NCBI GenBank assembly: GCA_018672145.1
Contig: JABHGH010000061.1
Coordinates: forward strand, 1 to 50,529
Source: Flavobacteriaceae bacterium
GTDB lineage: Bacteria; Bacteroidota; Bacteroidia; Flavobacteriales; Flavobacteriaceae
Length of the DNA stretch: 50,529 nucleotides
Reading direction: 5' to 3'
The notes beneath the pieces were generated by a model. The model ran no database searches, was not told the DNA's origin, and saw nothing but the letters and a program-made list of their open reading frames with translations. This document shows positions 43,444 through 50,529 of the stretch, in pieces (within the stretch, counting starts at the first letter, position 1; the number at the start of each line of letters is the position of its first letter). Both the position numbers and the translations under genes were made by a program.

Positions 43444-45851
43444 TGAATAAACGAAGAATTTCAAAAATCGCTGTCATCGGATCGGGTATCATGGGATCCG
43501 GTATCGCCTGTCATTTTGCAAATATTGGTGTAGAAGTACTCTTGCTTGATATGGCGCCAAACGAGCTTACCGACAAAGAAAAAACTAGTGGGTTACAACT
43601 CACAGACCAGGTCGTTCGAAACCGTATCGTTAATAGCAATTTGCTGAAAGCAATAAAATCCAACCCAGCCCCCCTTTATCACAATGATTTTAAGAATCGC
43701 ATTCGCACAGGTAACCTGAATGATGATTTGTCAAAGATTGCAGACGTAGACTGGATTATTGAGGTTGTCGTTGAACGACTCGATATCAAACAAAAGGTCT
43801 TTGAACAAATCGAAAAACATCGAACGGCTGGAACCTTAATTACCTCCAACACTTCTGGCATTCCTATCGCCATGATGAATAAAGGACGATCGGAAGATTT
43901 TCAACAACACTTTGCCGTGACGCACTTCTTCAATCCTCCGCGTTACTTAAAACTCTTTGAAGTGATTCCAGGTCCAAACTGCCTGCCTGACGTTACCTCC
44001 TTTTTAATGGATTACGGAAGAACTTTTTTGGGGAAAAGTGCTGTCTTAGCAAAAGACACCCCAGCCTTTATTGGAAATCGAATTGGCATTTTTTGTATCC
44101 AAAGTCTCTTTCATCAGGTTAAAGACATGGGGCTAACAGTAGAAGAAATAGACAAACTGACTGGTCCAGTCATCGGACGACCAAAATCGGCAACCTTTCG
44201 AACTGTGGATGTTGTTGGGCTTGACACCTTAGTACATGTAGCCACTGGTCTTTATGAAAACTGTAAAAAAGATGAGCGTCGCGAGGTGTTTACACTCCCC
44301 TCTTTCATTTCCAAAATGATGGAAAACCAATGGATGGGTTCGAAAAGCGGCCAAGGGTTTTATAAAAAGGTAAAGAATGACAATGGAAAATCTGAAATTC
44401 TAACCTTAGACCTTGATACACTTGAATACAGAACTAAGAAACGAGCAAAATTTGCAACTTTAGAAAAAACCAAAACAGTTGACAACCTCAAAGAACGCTA
44501 TCCCATACTTATTGATGGAGACGATAAGGCAGCGCAATTCTACAGAAAGAATTTTGGAGAATTGTTTGCCTACATTCAGCATCGAATCCCCGAAATTTCA
44601 GATGAAATATACCGCATTGATGATGCGATGAAAGCTGGTTTTGGGTGGACACATGGTCCTTTTGAGCTATGGGACAGCGTTGGGCTTAAAACTGGTGTAA
44701 TGCTCATCGAGGAAGCAGGGCATACACCTGCTGAATGGGTTCTAAAAATGGTCGAGGGGGATCACTTGGGTTTTTATGAGCTAAGCAATGGACAGCTATG
44801 CTTCTATAATATCCCTAAAAAGAAAATGTCAGCCATACCAGGTCAGAATAGTTTTGTCATTCTCGACAATATCCGAAAGGAAAACACCGTATGGAAAAAT
44901 CAAGAATGCTCACTTGTTGACCTAGGCGATGGCGTTCTTAATATAGAGTTTCATTCCAAAATGAATACCATCGGAGCTGGCGTGTTGCAAGGCATCAATA
45001 AAGGAGTAGAAGTTGCAGAAAAAGAATTTCAAGCACTTGTTGTAGGAAACCAAGGGACAAATTTTTCAGCTGGTGCAAACATCGGCATGATTTTTATGCT
45101 GGCCATTGAACAAGAGTATGACGAACTGAACATGGCCATCAAATACTTTCAAGACACAATGATGAGAATGCGCTATTCGTCTGTTCCCACGGTAGCTGCG
45201 CCACACACACTCACCTTAGGAGGCGGTTGTGAGCTGTGTTTGCATGCCGATAAAGTCGTTGCTGCCGCAGAAACCTATATTGGATTGGTTGAGTTTGGCG
45301 TTGGTGTTATCCCAGGCGGTGGTGGCTCCAAGGAGATGACACTTCGTGCGTCGGATTCGTTACGAAAAAATGATGTTGAGCTCAACGTGCTCCAAGAGTA
45401 CTTTCTCACCATTGGCATGGCAAAAGTTGCAAAATCTGCACACGAAGCGTATGATTTGGGTATTTTACAAAAAGGAAAAGACCTCGTGGTCACAAACAGT
45501 GCCCAGCAAATAGCGATCGCAAAAAAACATGCTCTTCTTCTTGCCGAGGCTGGCTACACACAACCTATTAAGCGTACCGACGTAAAAGTGTTGGGCAAAC
45601 AAGCCCTTGGGATGTTTCTCGTAGGGACTGACTCTATGGAGGTAGCGAACTACATTTCAGAACACGACAAGAAAATTGCAAACAAATTGGCTTATGTCAT
45701 GGCTGGCGGTGATTTATCACAAGCCTCCTATGTTTCTGAAGAATATCTGCTCGATCTTGAGCGAGAAGCATTCTTATCGCTTTGTACCGAACGAAAAACA
45801 CTAGAGCGCATTCAACATATGCTAAAAACTGGTAAACCTTTAAGAAACTAA
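43443..45851 (+). CDS. fadN: 3-hydroxyacyl-CoA dehydrogenase / enoyl-CoA hydratase fusion (FadN-type)
   Basis: N-terminal NAD fold VIGSGIMGSGIA, 3HCDH C-domain, then a crotonase-like C-terminal half. 802 aa, the same domain order as B. subtilis FadN. Confidence 0.9.
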   Translation: MNKRRISKIAVIGSGIMGSGIACHFANIGVEVLLLDMAPNELTDKEKTSGLQLTDQVVRNRIVNSNLLKAIKSNPAPLYHNDFKNRIRTGNLNDDLSKIADVDWIIEVVVERLDIKQKVFEQIEKHRTAGTLITSNTSGIPIAMMNKGRSEDFQQHFAVTHFFNPPRYLKLFEVIPGPNCLPDVTSFLMDYGRTFLGKSAVLAKDTPAFIGNRIGIFCIQSLFHQVKDMGLTVEEIDKLTGPVIGRPKSATFRTVDVVGLDTLVHVATGLYENCKKDERREVFTLPSFISKMMENQWMGSKSGQGFYKKVKNDNGKSEILTLDLDTLEYRTKKRAKFATLEKTKTVDNLKERYPILIDGDDKAAQFYRKNFGELFAYIQHRIPEISDEIYRIDDAMKAGFGWTHGPFELWDSVGLKTGVMLIEEAGHTPAEWVLKMVEGDHLGFYELSNGQLCFYNIPKKKMSAIPGQNSFVILDNIRKENTVWKNQECSLVDLGDGVLNIEFHSKMNTIGAGVLQGINKGVEVAEKEFQALVVGNQGTNFSAGANIGMIFMLAIEQEYDELNMAIKYFQDTMMRMRYSSVPTVAAPHTLTLGGGCELCLHADKVVAAAETYIGLVEFGVGVIPGGGGSKEMTLRASDSLRKNDVELNVLQEYFLTIGMAKVAKSAHEAYDLGILQKGKDLVVTNSAQQIAIAKKHALLLAEAGYTQPIKRTDVKVLGKQALGMFLVGTDSMEVANYISEHDKKIANKLAYVMAGGDLSQASYVSEEYLLDLEREAFLSLCTERKTLERIQHMLKTGKPLRN

Positions 45852-45854
45852 CGC

Positions 45855-47036
45855 ATGAAAACAACCTACATCGTACGAGCACACCGCACAGCGGTAGGAA
45901 AAGCACCAAGAGGTCTTTTTCGGTTTAAACGTCCTGACGAACTCGCCGCAGAAACCATCGAACACATGATGGGAACTCTCCCAGGTTTCGATCCAACAGA
46001 TATTGATGATGTACTCATCGGAAACGCTATGCCTGAAGCCGAACAAGGGCTCAACATGGCGCGACTCATTTCTTTAATGGGATTAAAGACCAATGATGTA
46101 CCTGGTGTAACAATAAATAGATATTGTGCTTCAGGAATCGAGACTATAGCTATGGCTGCCGCTAAAATTCAATCTGGAATGGCAGAATGTATTATAGCTG
46201 GTGGTGTGGAAAGCATGAGTTTTATTCCTATGGGTGGTTATAAACCAGCACCCGACTACAGAGCTGCTAAACAAGGAAATGAAGACTATTATTGGGGAAT
46301 GGGGCTCACAGCAGAAGCCGTAGCAAACCAATATAAGGTCTCAAGAGAGGACCAAGATGTGTTTGCTTATCAATCACACCAAAAAGCACTAAACGCACAA
46401 AAAACAGGGGCGTTTAATGATCAAATTGTGCCCATTGAAATCGAAGAGACCTACGTGGATGACAGTGGTAAAAAGGCAACGAGAATCTATACGGTTGATC
46501 GGGACGAAGGTCCACGCGCAAACACAAGTATCGAAGCACTTGCCAAGTTACGTCCAGTCTTTGCTAGCAATGGATCCGTAACGGCTGGTAATTCGTCGCA
46601 AACAAGCGATGGCGCAGCAATTGTGCTAATGATGACTGAGGAAATGGTCAAAAAACACAACCTCACTCCTATCGCTCGCCTAGTGAGTTACGCAACTGCT
46701 GGCGTTCCACCCAAAATCATGGGCATTGGCCCAGTTGCAGCCATCCCAAAAGCATTGCAACAAGCAGACCTAAAACTCAAAGACATTGAGTTGATTGAGT
46801 TGAATGAAGCATTTGCAGCGCAGTCTTTAGCAGTGATCCGTGAACTTGACATCAACCCTGATGTTGTCAACGTAAATGGAGGTGCTATTGCACTTGGTCA
46901 TCCCCTTGGGTGTACAGGAACTAAGCTTTCCGTTCAGCTATTTGATGAAATGCGAAAGCGCAAGCAAAAATATGGCATGGTGACTATGTGTGTCGGGACT
47001 GGACAAGGTGCCGCTGGAATTTTTGAATTGATATAG
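45855..47036 (+). CDS. fadA: acetyl-CoA C-acyltransferase (thiolase)
   Basis: NRYCASGIET (active Cys), NGGAIALGHPLGCTG, CVGTGQGAA. 393 aa. Confidence 0.95.
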   Translation: MKTTYIVRAHRTAVGKAPRGLFRFKRPDELAAETIEHMMGTLPGFDPTDIDDVLIGNAMPEAEQGLNMARLISLMGLKTNDVPGVTINRYCASGIETIAMAAAKIQSGMAECIIAGGVESMSFIPMGGYKPAPDYRAAKQGNEDYYWGMGLTAEAVANQYKVSREDQDVFAYQSHQKALNAQKTGAFNDQIVPIEIEETYVDDSGKKATRIYTVDRDEGPRANTSIEALAKLRPVFASNGSVTAGNSSQTSDGAAIVLMMTEEMVKKHNLTPIARLVSYATAGVPPKIMGIGPVAAIPKALQQADLKLKDIELIELNEAFAAQSLAVIRELDINPDVVNVNGGAIALGHPLGCTGTKLSVQLFDEMRKRKQKYGMVTMCVGTGQGAAGIFELI

Positions 47037-47040
47037 AATT

Positions 47041-48843
47041 ATGGAAACAAAAGAAATCATAAGTACACGCGGAGGTGCTTTTTTATTACAAGAAACGCTC
47101 CCAGAAAACATCTTCACACCCGAAGATTTTAGCGAAGAGCAACAGATGATGCGTGATGCCGTAAAGGAATTTATCGATCGGGAAGTCTGGCCCAACAAAC
47201 ACCGCTTTGAACAAAAAGACTACGACTTCACTTTTGAATTGATGCGCAAAGCTGGTGAGCTTGGCTTTTTGGGGGTTGGTGTACCAGAAGCATACGGAGG
47301 TCTTGAAATGGGATTTGTATCAACAATGCTTGTCTGTGACTACTTTTCAGGGGCGACAGGGTCACTTTCCACCGCCTATGGAGCGCATACAGGCATTGGT
47401 ATCATGCCAATCGTTTTATATGGAACCGAAGAGCAAAAGAAAAAATATGTGCCTAAGCTCGCTTCAGGTGAAGAAATTGGTTGCTATTGTCTTACCGAAC
47501 CAGGGGCAGGATCGGACGCAAATAGCGGAAAAACCAAAGCGGTGCTTTCAGAAGATGGCACACATTATAAAATCAGTGGGCAAAAAATATGGATTTCGAA
47601 TGCAGGGTATGCTAGTGTGATGATTGTATTTGCACGAATTGAAGATGATAAAAATATCACAGGATTTATCGTTTCTAATGACCCAGAAAATGGAATTTCC
47701 ATGGGTGAAGAGGAACATAAACTGGGGATTCACGCCTCTTCAACAAGGCAGGTGTTTTTTAGCGAAACCAAAGTGCCCGTAGAAAATATGCTTTCTGAGC
47801 GTGGGAACGGATTTAAAATCGCGATGAACGCTTTGAATGTGGGTCGCATCAAACTTGCCGTTGCTTGTATCGATGCTCAACGACGTGCTGTGAGTGAAAG
47901 TGTTCGTTATGCCAATGAGAGAATCCAGTTCAAAACTCCGATTAGTCAGTTTGGAGCAATCAAACAAAAAATCGCCAATATGGCTACAAACTGTTATGTT
48001 GGTGAATCGGGATGTTATCGAGCGGCCAAAGATATCGAGGATCGAATAGCCATCCGCTCCGAATCAGAAATAAGTCATCAAGAAGCAGAGCTGAAAGGAG
48101 TCGAAGAGTATGTAATTGAATGTTCCATTTTAAAAGTGGCTGTATCTGAGCATACGCAAGACTGCACTGATGAGGGAGTTCAGATTTTTGGTGGGATGGG
48201 CTATTCTGCTGATATGCCTATGGAGTCCGCTTGGCGGGATGCCAGGATTTCTCGGATTTATGAGGGAACCAATGAAATCAATCGCATGCTCACAGTTGGA
48301 ATGCTGATCAAAAAAGCCATGAAAGGGCACCTTGATTTGATTGGTCCTGCAACTGCCGTTGGGGAGGAACTCTTGGGTGTGCCATCATTCGACGTTCCAG
48401 ATTTTACAGAACCCTTAAGTGAGGAAAAATCAATCCTTAAAAACCTGAAAAAGGTATTTTTGATGATCGCAGGTTCTGGTGTCCAAAAGTACGGAACCGA
48501 CCTCGAGAAACATCAGCAGCTATTGTTGGCTGTTTCTGATATATTGATTGAAATCTATCTGGTCGAATCGGCCATACTTCGAACGGAAAAGAATATCAAT
48601 CGATATGGGCTAGACACACAAGACATGCAGTTGGCCATGACAAAACTCTATCTCTTCCAAGCCGTTGAGAAAATACAATCTAAAGGTAAAGAGGCCATCA
48701 TTTCATCTGCTGAAGGAGATGAGCAAAAAATGCTTCTAATGGGATTAAAGCGCTTTACAAAATATGTTAATCATCCAAATGTGATTAGCTTACGTGAACA
48801 AGTCGCCGATAAAGTAATTGCCGAAAATAAATATTGTTTTTAG
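47041..48843 (+). CDS. fadE: acyl-CoA dehydrogenase (long FadE-type with C-terminal extension)
   Basis: CLTEPGAGSD, ACAD middle and C-domains (IFGGMGY, YEGTNEI), 600 aa. Confidence 0.9.
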   Translation: METKEIISTRGGAFLLQETLPENIFTPEDFSEEQQMMRDAVKEFIDREVWPNKHRFEQKDYDFTFELMRKAGELGFLGVGVPEAYGGLEMGFVSTMLVCDYFSGATGSLSTAYGAHTGIGIMPIVLYGTEEQKKKYVPKLASGEEIGCYCLTEPGAGSDANSGKTKAVLSEDGTHYKISGQKIWISNAGYASVMIVFARIEDDKNITGFIVSNDPENGISMGEEEHKLGIHASSTRQVFFSETKVPVENMLSERGNGFKIAMNALNVGRIKLAVACIDAQRRAVSESVRYANERIQFKTPISQFGAIKQKIANMATNCYVGESGCYRAAKDIEDRIAIRSESEISHQEAELKGVEEYVIECSILKVAVSEHTQDCTDEGVQIFGGMGYSADMPMESAWRDARISRIYEGTNEINRMLTVGMLIKKAMKGHLDLIGPATAVGEELLGVPSFDVPDFTEPLSEEKSILKNLKKVFLMIAGSGVQKYGTDLEKHQQLLLAVSDILIEIYLVESAILRTEKNINRYGLDTQDMQLAMTKLYLFQAVEKIQSKGKEAIISSAEGDEQKMLLMGLKRFTKYVNHPNVISLREQVADKVIAENKYCF

Positions 48844-48878
48844 GAATATCTCTGAATAGATAATTAACGCAAAGCGCA

Positions 48879-48886
48879 TAAATTTG
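48879..48886 (+). promoter_or_regulatory. possible -7 box TAAATTTG upstream of the YihY gene
   Basis: Exact match, but 85 nt before the ATG at 48972, so the assignment is weak. Confidence 0.3.
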
Positions 48887-48971
48887 TTATCTTAGTCTTT
48901 GAAAGACATAAGCAAATGGCAGGTTTCCCAAATCGTTTTGTGTTTCCATAAATAAAATATCTTTTTGATTT

Positions 48972-49820
48972 ATGATTTCTTTTCTTAAGGATACATTTTC
49001 TATTTTCTTTAGAAGCAACCCCTTTCAAAATGGTGCTGCTCTCGCCTACTACGCTGTGTTTTCGCTTTTACCCATGATCATCATCATTACTGTTGTTCTG
49101 GGCTACTTTTTTGGTGAAAAAGAGGTTTCAGACGAAATCTATGCACAATTCAACGATACCCTTGGAGCGGACGCATCCAAACAAATTCAAGAAATTGTAA
49201 GCCATCAGAAAGTTCATCAGAACAGTGCTTTGGCAACCAGCGTTGGGTTTTTGATTCTTGGATTGTCTTCCTCCGCTATGCTTCGTCAACTTCATCATTT
49301 TTTTAATCGCATATGGAGAATTAAAGTCAAGCGAAAGCGAGAAGTTCAGAATTATTTGTTCAAGCAATTCATATCGTTTACCCTACTTATTGGGCTTGTC
49401 TTTTTTGTGCTAGTCAGTACAAGTGTCAGCAGTTATTTATTGGAATACAGTGATCGTTTAAGCAGCAGCTATTCGTTTACCTATGGTTATGAATTGGTCG
49501 TTTCATTTATTGTGCTAGGCACCATTTTTACCTTGATGTTTAGTGCCTTGAGTGATGCCATCATACACTGGAAGCCAGCCGTTTTAGGGGGTGTGTTTAC
49601 AGCATTTTTGTTTTCGATTGGAAAAACCATCATTGGATATATCCTGACCACCATGCATATCGATAGTATCTTCGGTTCGGCGAGTGTATTGGCAATTCTG
49701 ATGCTATGGGTGTACTACACCTCGCAAATCATCTTTTTTGGTGCTGCTTTTATTGATGTCATCAGCGATAGAATGGGATATCAAATTCGACCAAACAAAC
49801 TCGGGGTTAAAATTGAGTAG
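48972..49820 (+). CDS. YihY/BrkB family inner-membrane protein
   Basis: 282 aa, about 6 TM segments. The N-terminal GAALAYYAVFSLLPMIIII is characteristic of YihY/virulence factor BrkB (formerly 'RNase BN'). Confidence 0.8.
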   Translation: MISFLKDTFSIFFRSNPFQNGAALAYYAVFSLLPMIIIITVVLGYFFGEKEVSDEIYAQFNDTLGADASKQIQEIVSHQKVHQNSALATSVGFLILGLSSSAMLRQLHHFFNRIWRIKVKRKREVQNYLFKQFISFTLLIGLVFFVLVSTSVSSYLLEYSDRLSSSYSFTYGYELVVSFIVLGTIFTLMFSALSDAIIHWKPAVLGGVFTAFLFSIGKTIIGYILTTMHIDSIFGSASVLAILMLWVYYTSQIIFFGAAFIDVISDRMGYQIRPNKLGVKIE

Positions 49821-49951
49821 TTATTTCTTATGAATTGATTTAGCTTACTCTACTATTTTAACCACCATAATTGAGTAGTATATATTTACAAAAAAAGCGT
49901 TTTTTTTGTTTTATATTTTTGATATTCTGCATATTTTTTTGAACTAGTCTT

Positions 49952-49979
49952 AAAAAGGGTTATTCCAAAAACCCTTTTT
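49952..49979 (-). terminator. intrinsic terminator overlapping the stop codon of the cysteine-synthase-like gene
   Basis: The minus strand reads AAAAAGGGT-(10 nt loop containing the TAA stop)-ACCCTTTTT then A. The stem is 9 bp. Confidence 0.5.
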
Positions 49980-50529
49980 CACGCATCCAGTCGTCATTGT
50001 AAATTTTGCTAACATAACGACTCCCTGAGTCGTGTAGCAATACCACCACGACATCATCTTTGGTGAAATGATGTTTTAATTGCAACACGCCTTTAACTGC
50101 AGCACCACAGGAATTTCCAGCAAATATGCCTTCTTCACGAGCCAACTTACGAGAGTAAACGGCAGCGTCTTTATCAGTGACTTTTTCAAAAGCATCAATT
50201 AGTTCAAAGTCCACATTCTCTGGCAGAATGTCCTCACCAATGCCCTCAGTGATATATGGGTAAATTTCTTTTTCGTCGAAAACCCCCGTTTCATGGTATT
50301 TTTTAAACACAGAACCATAGGTATCAATCCCCCATACTTTGATTGCTGGGTTTTTCTCCTTGAGGTATTTGGATACGCCAGATATTGTTCCGCCAGTGCC
50401 TACCCCAACAACAAAATGAGTGATTTTACCTTCCGTTTGTTCCCATATTTCAGGGCCTGTTTGTTCATAGTGAGCAACCGCATTAGACGGGTTATCATAT
50501 TGGTTTACGTACCAAGCATTGGGGGTTTC
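49960..50529 (-). CDS. PLP-dependent cysteine synthase / cystathionine beta-synthase family enzyme, N-terminus outside window
   Basis: The frame is open to the window end. My translation upstream of the listed GTG reads ...PNAWYVNQYDNPSNAVAHYEQTGPEIWEQTEGKITHFVVGVGTGGTISGVSKYLKE..., which is the CysK/CysM/CBS core (GTGGT loop). Confidence 0.85.
   Translation of the reverse strand, partial: ETPNAWYVNQYDNPSNAVAHYEQTGPEIWEQTEGKITHFVVGVGTGGTISGVSKYLKEKNPAIKVWGIDTYGSVFKKYHETGVFDEKEIYPYITEGIGEDILPENVDFELIDAFEKVTDKDAAVYSRKLAREEGIFAGNSCGAAVKGVLQLKHHFTKDDVVVVLLHDSGSRYVSKIYNDDWMREKGFLE

Noticed and set aside
48893-48905. Palindrome GTCTTT-G-AAAGAC upstream of the YihY gene.
   Set aside because: The arms are only 6 bp and I saw no second copy. 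This is insufficient to propose a binding site.
49886-49906. ACAAAAAAA-gcg-TTTTTTTTGT hairpin as a terminator for the YihY gene.
   Set aside because: The stem is almost purely A-T (one C-G pair), so stability is too low to call. It may simply be adjacent homopolymer runs.
1-50529. I looked for CRISPR arrays, IS/transposase or integrase genes, prophage genes, toxin-antitoxin pairs, restriction-modification or other defence genes, and compositional islands.
   Set aside because: No spaced repeat arrays are visible. Every ORF over 100 aa that is not antisense to a conserved gene has a housekeeping or envelope assignment or is a small secreted/membrane hypothetical. There is no tRNA-flanked insertion signature, because the tRNA is followed directly by galE. 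I cannot claim a novel system here.

Overview
This is an AT-rich, very gene-dense stretch of core chromosome that reads like a Bacteroidota (Flavobacteriia-type) genome. The taxon call rests on exact TAnnTTTG -7 promoter boxes, DUF4199/DUF4252-type genes, a Cys-free type-B L31 and no obvious Shine-Dalgarno sequences. I can support about 46 protein genes:
- Translation: hisS, fmt, rpsF-rpsR-rplI, rpmH, rpmE, rlmH, an rsmB-like gene, mtaB.
- DNA transactions: a RecQ-family helicase, priA, rmuC.
- Nucleotide synthesis: purB, purL, carB, rdgB.
- Envelope: galE, a GtrB/ArnC-like GT2, a phosphosugar mutase, an MsbA-like ABC exporter, a lytic transglycosylase.
- Beta-oxidation: a fadD-marR-fadN-fadA-fadE cluster.

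The window also holds one tRNA(CAU) and a cobalamin riboswitch in front of a BtuB-like TonB-dependent receptor. An rpmH gene is too short for the supplied ORF track. There are a few intrinsic terminators.

I see no CRISPR array, transposase or integrase, prophage, toxin-antitoxin pair or recognisable defence genes. I could not find a convincing new multi-gene system, so this looks like an ordinary housekeeping region. The items most worth a second look:
- The B12 riboswitch/btuB unit and the divergently transcribed small 6-TM membrane protein next to it.
- Five of nine convergent gene junctions overlap; four of them share stop-codon nucleotides.
- Several perfect or near-perfect -7 boxes sit only 4-5 nt from start codons, which suggests leaderless mRNAs.
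- The mtaB and SBP promoters and TTG starts interleave.
- A MarR gene with an upstream palindrome sits inside the fad cluster.
- The RecQ paralog has a long insertion before its Zn module.

All homology statements are recognition from motifs and memory; nothing was searched.
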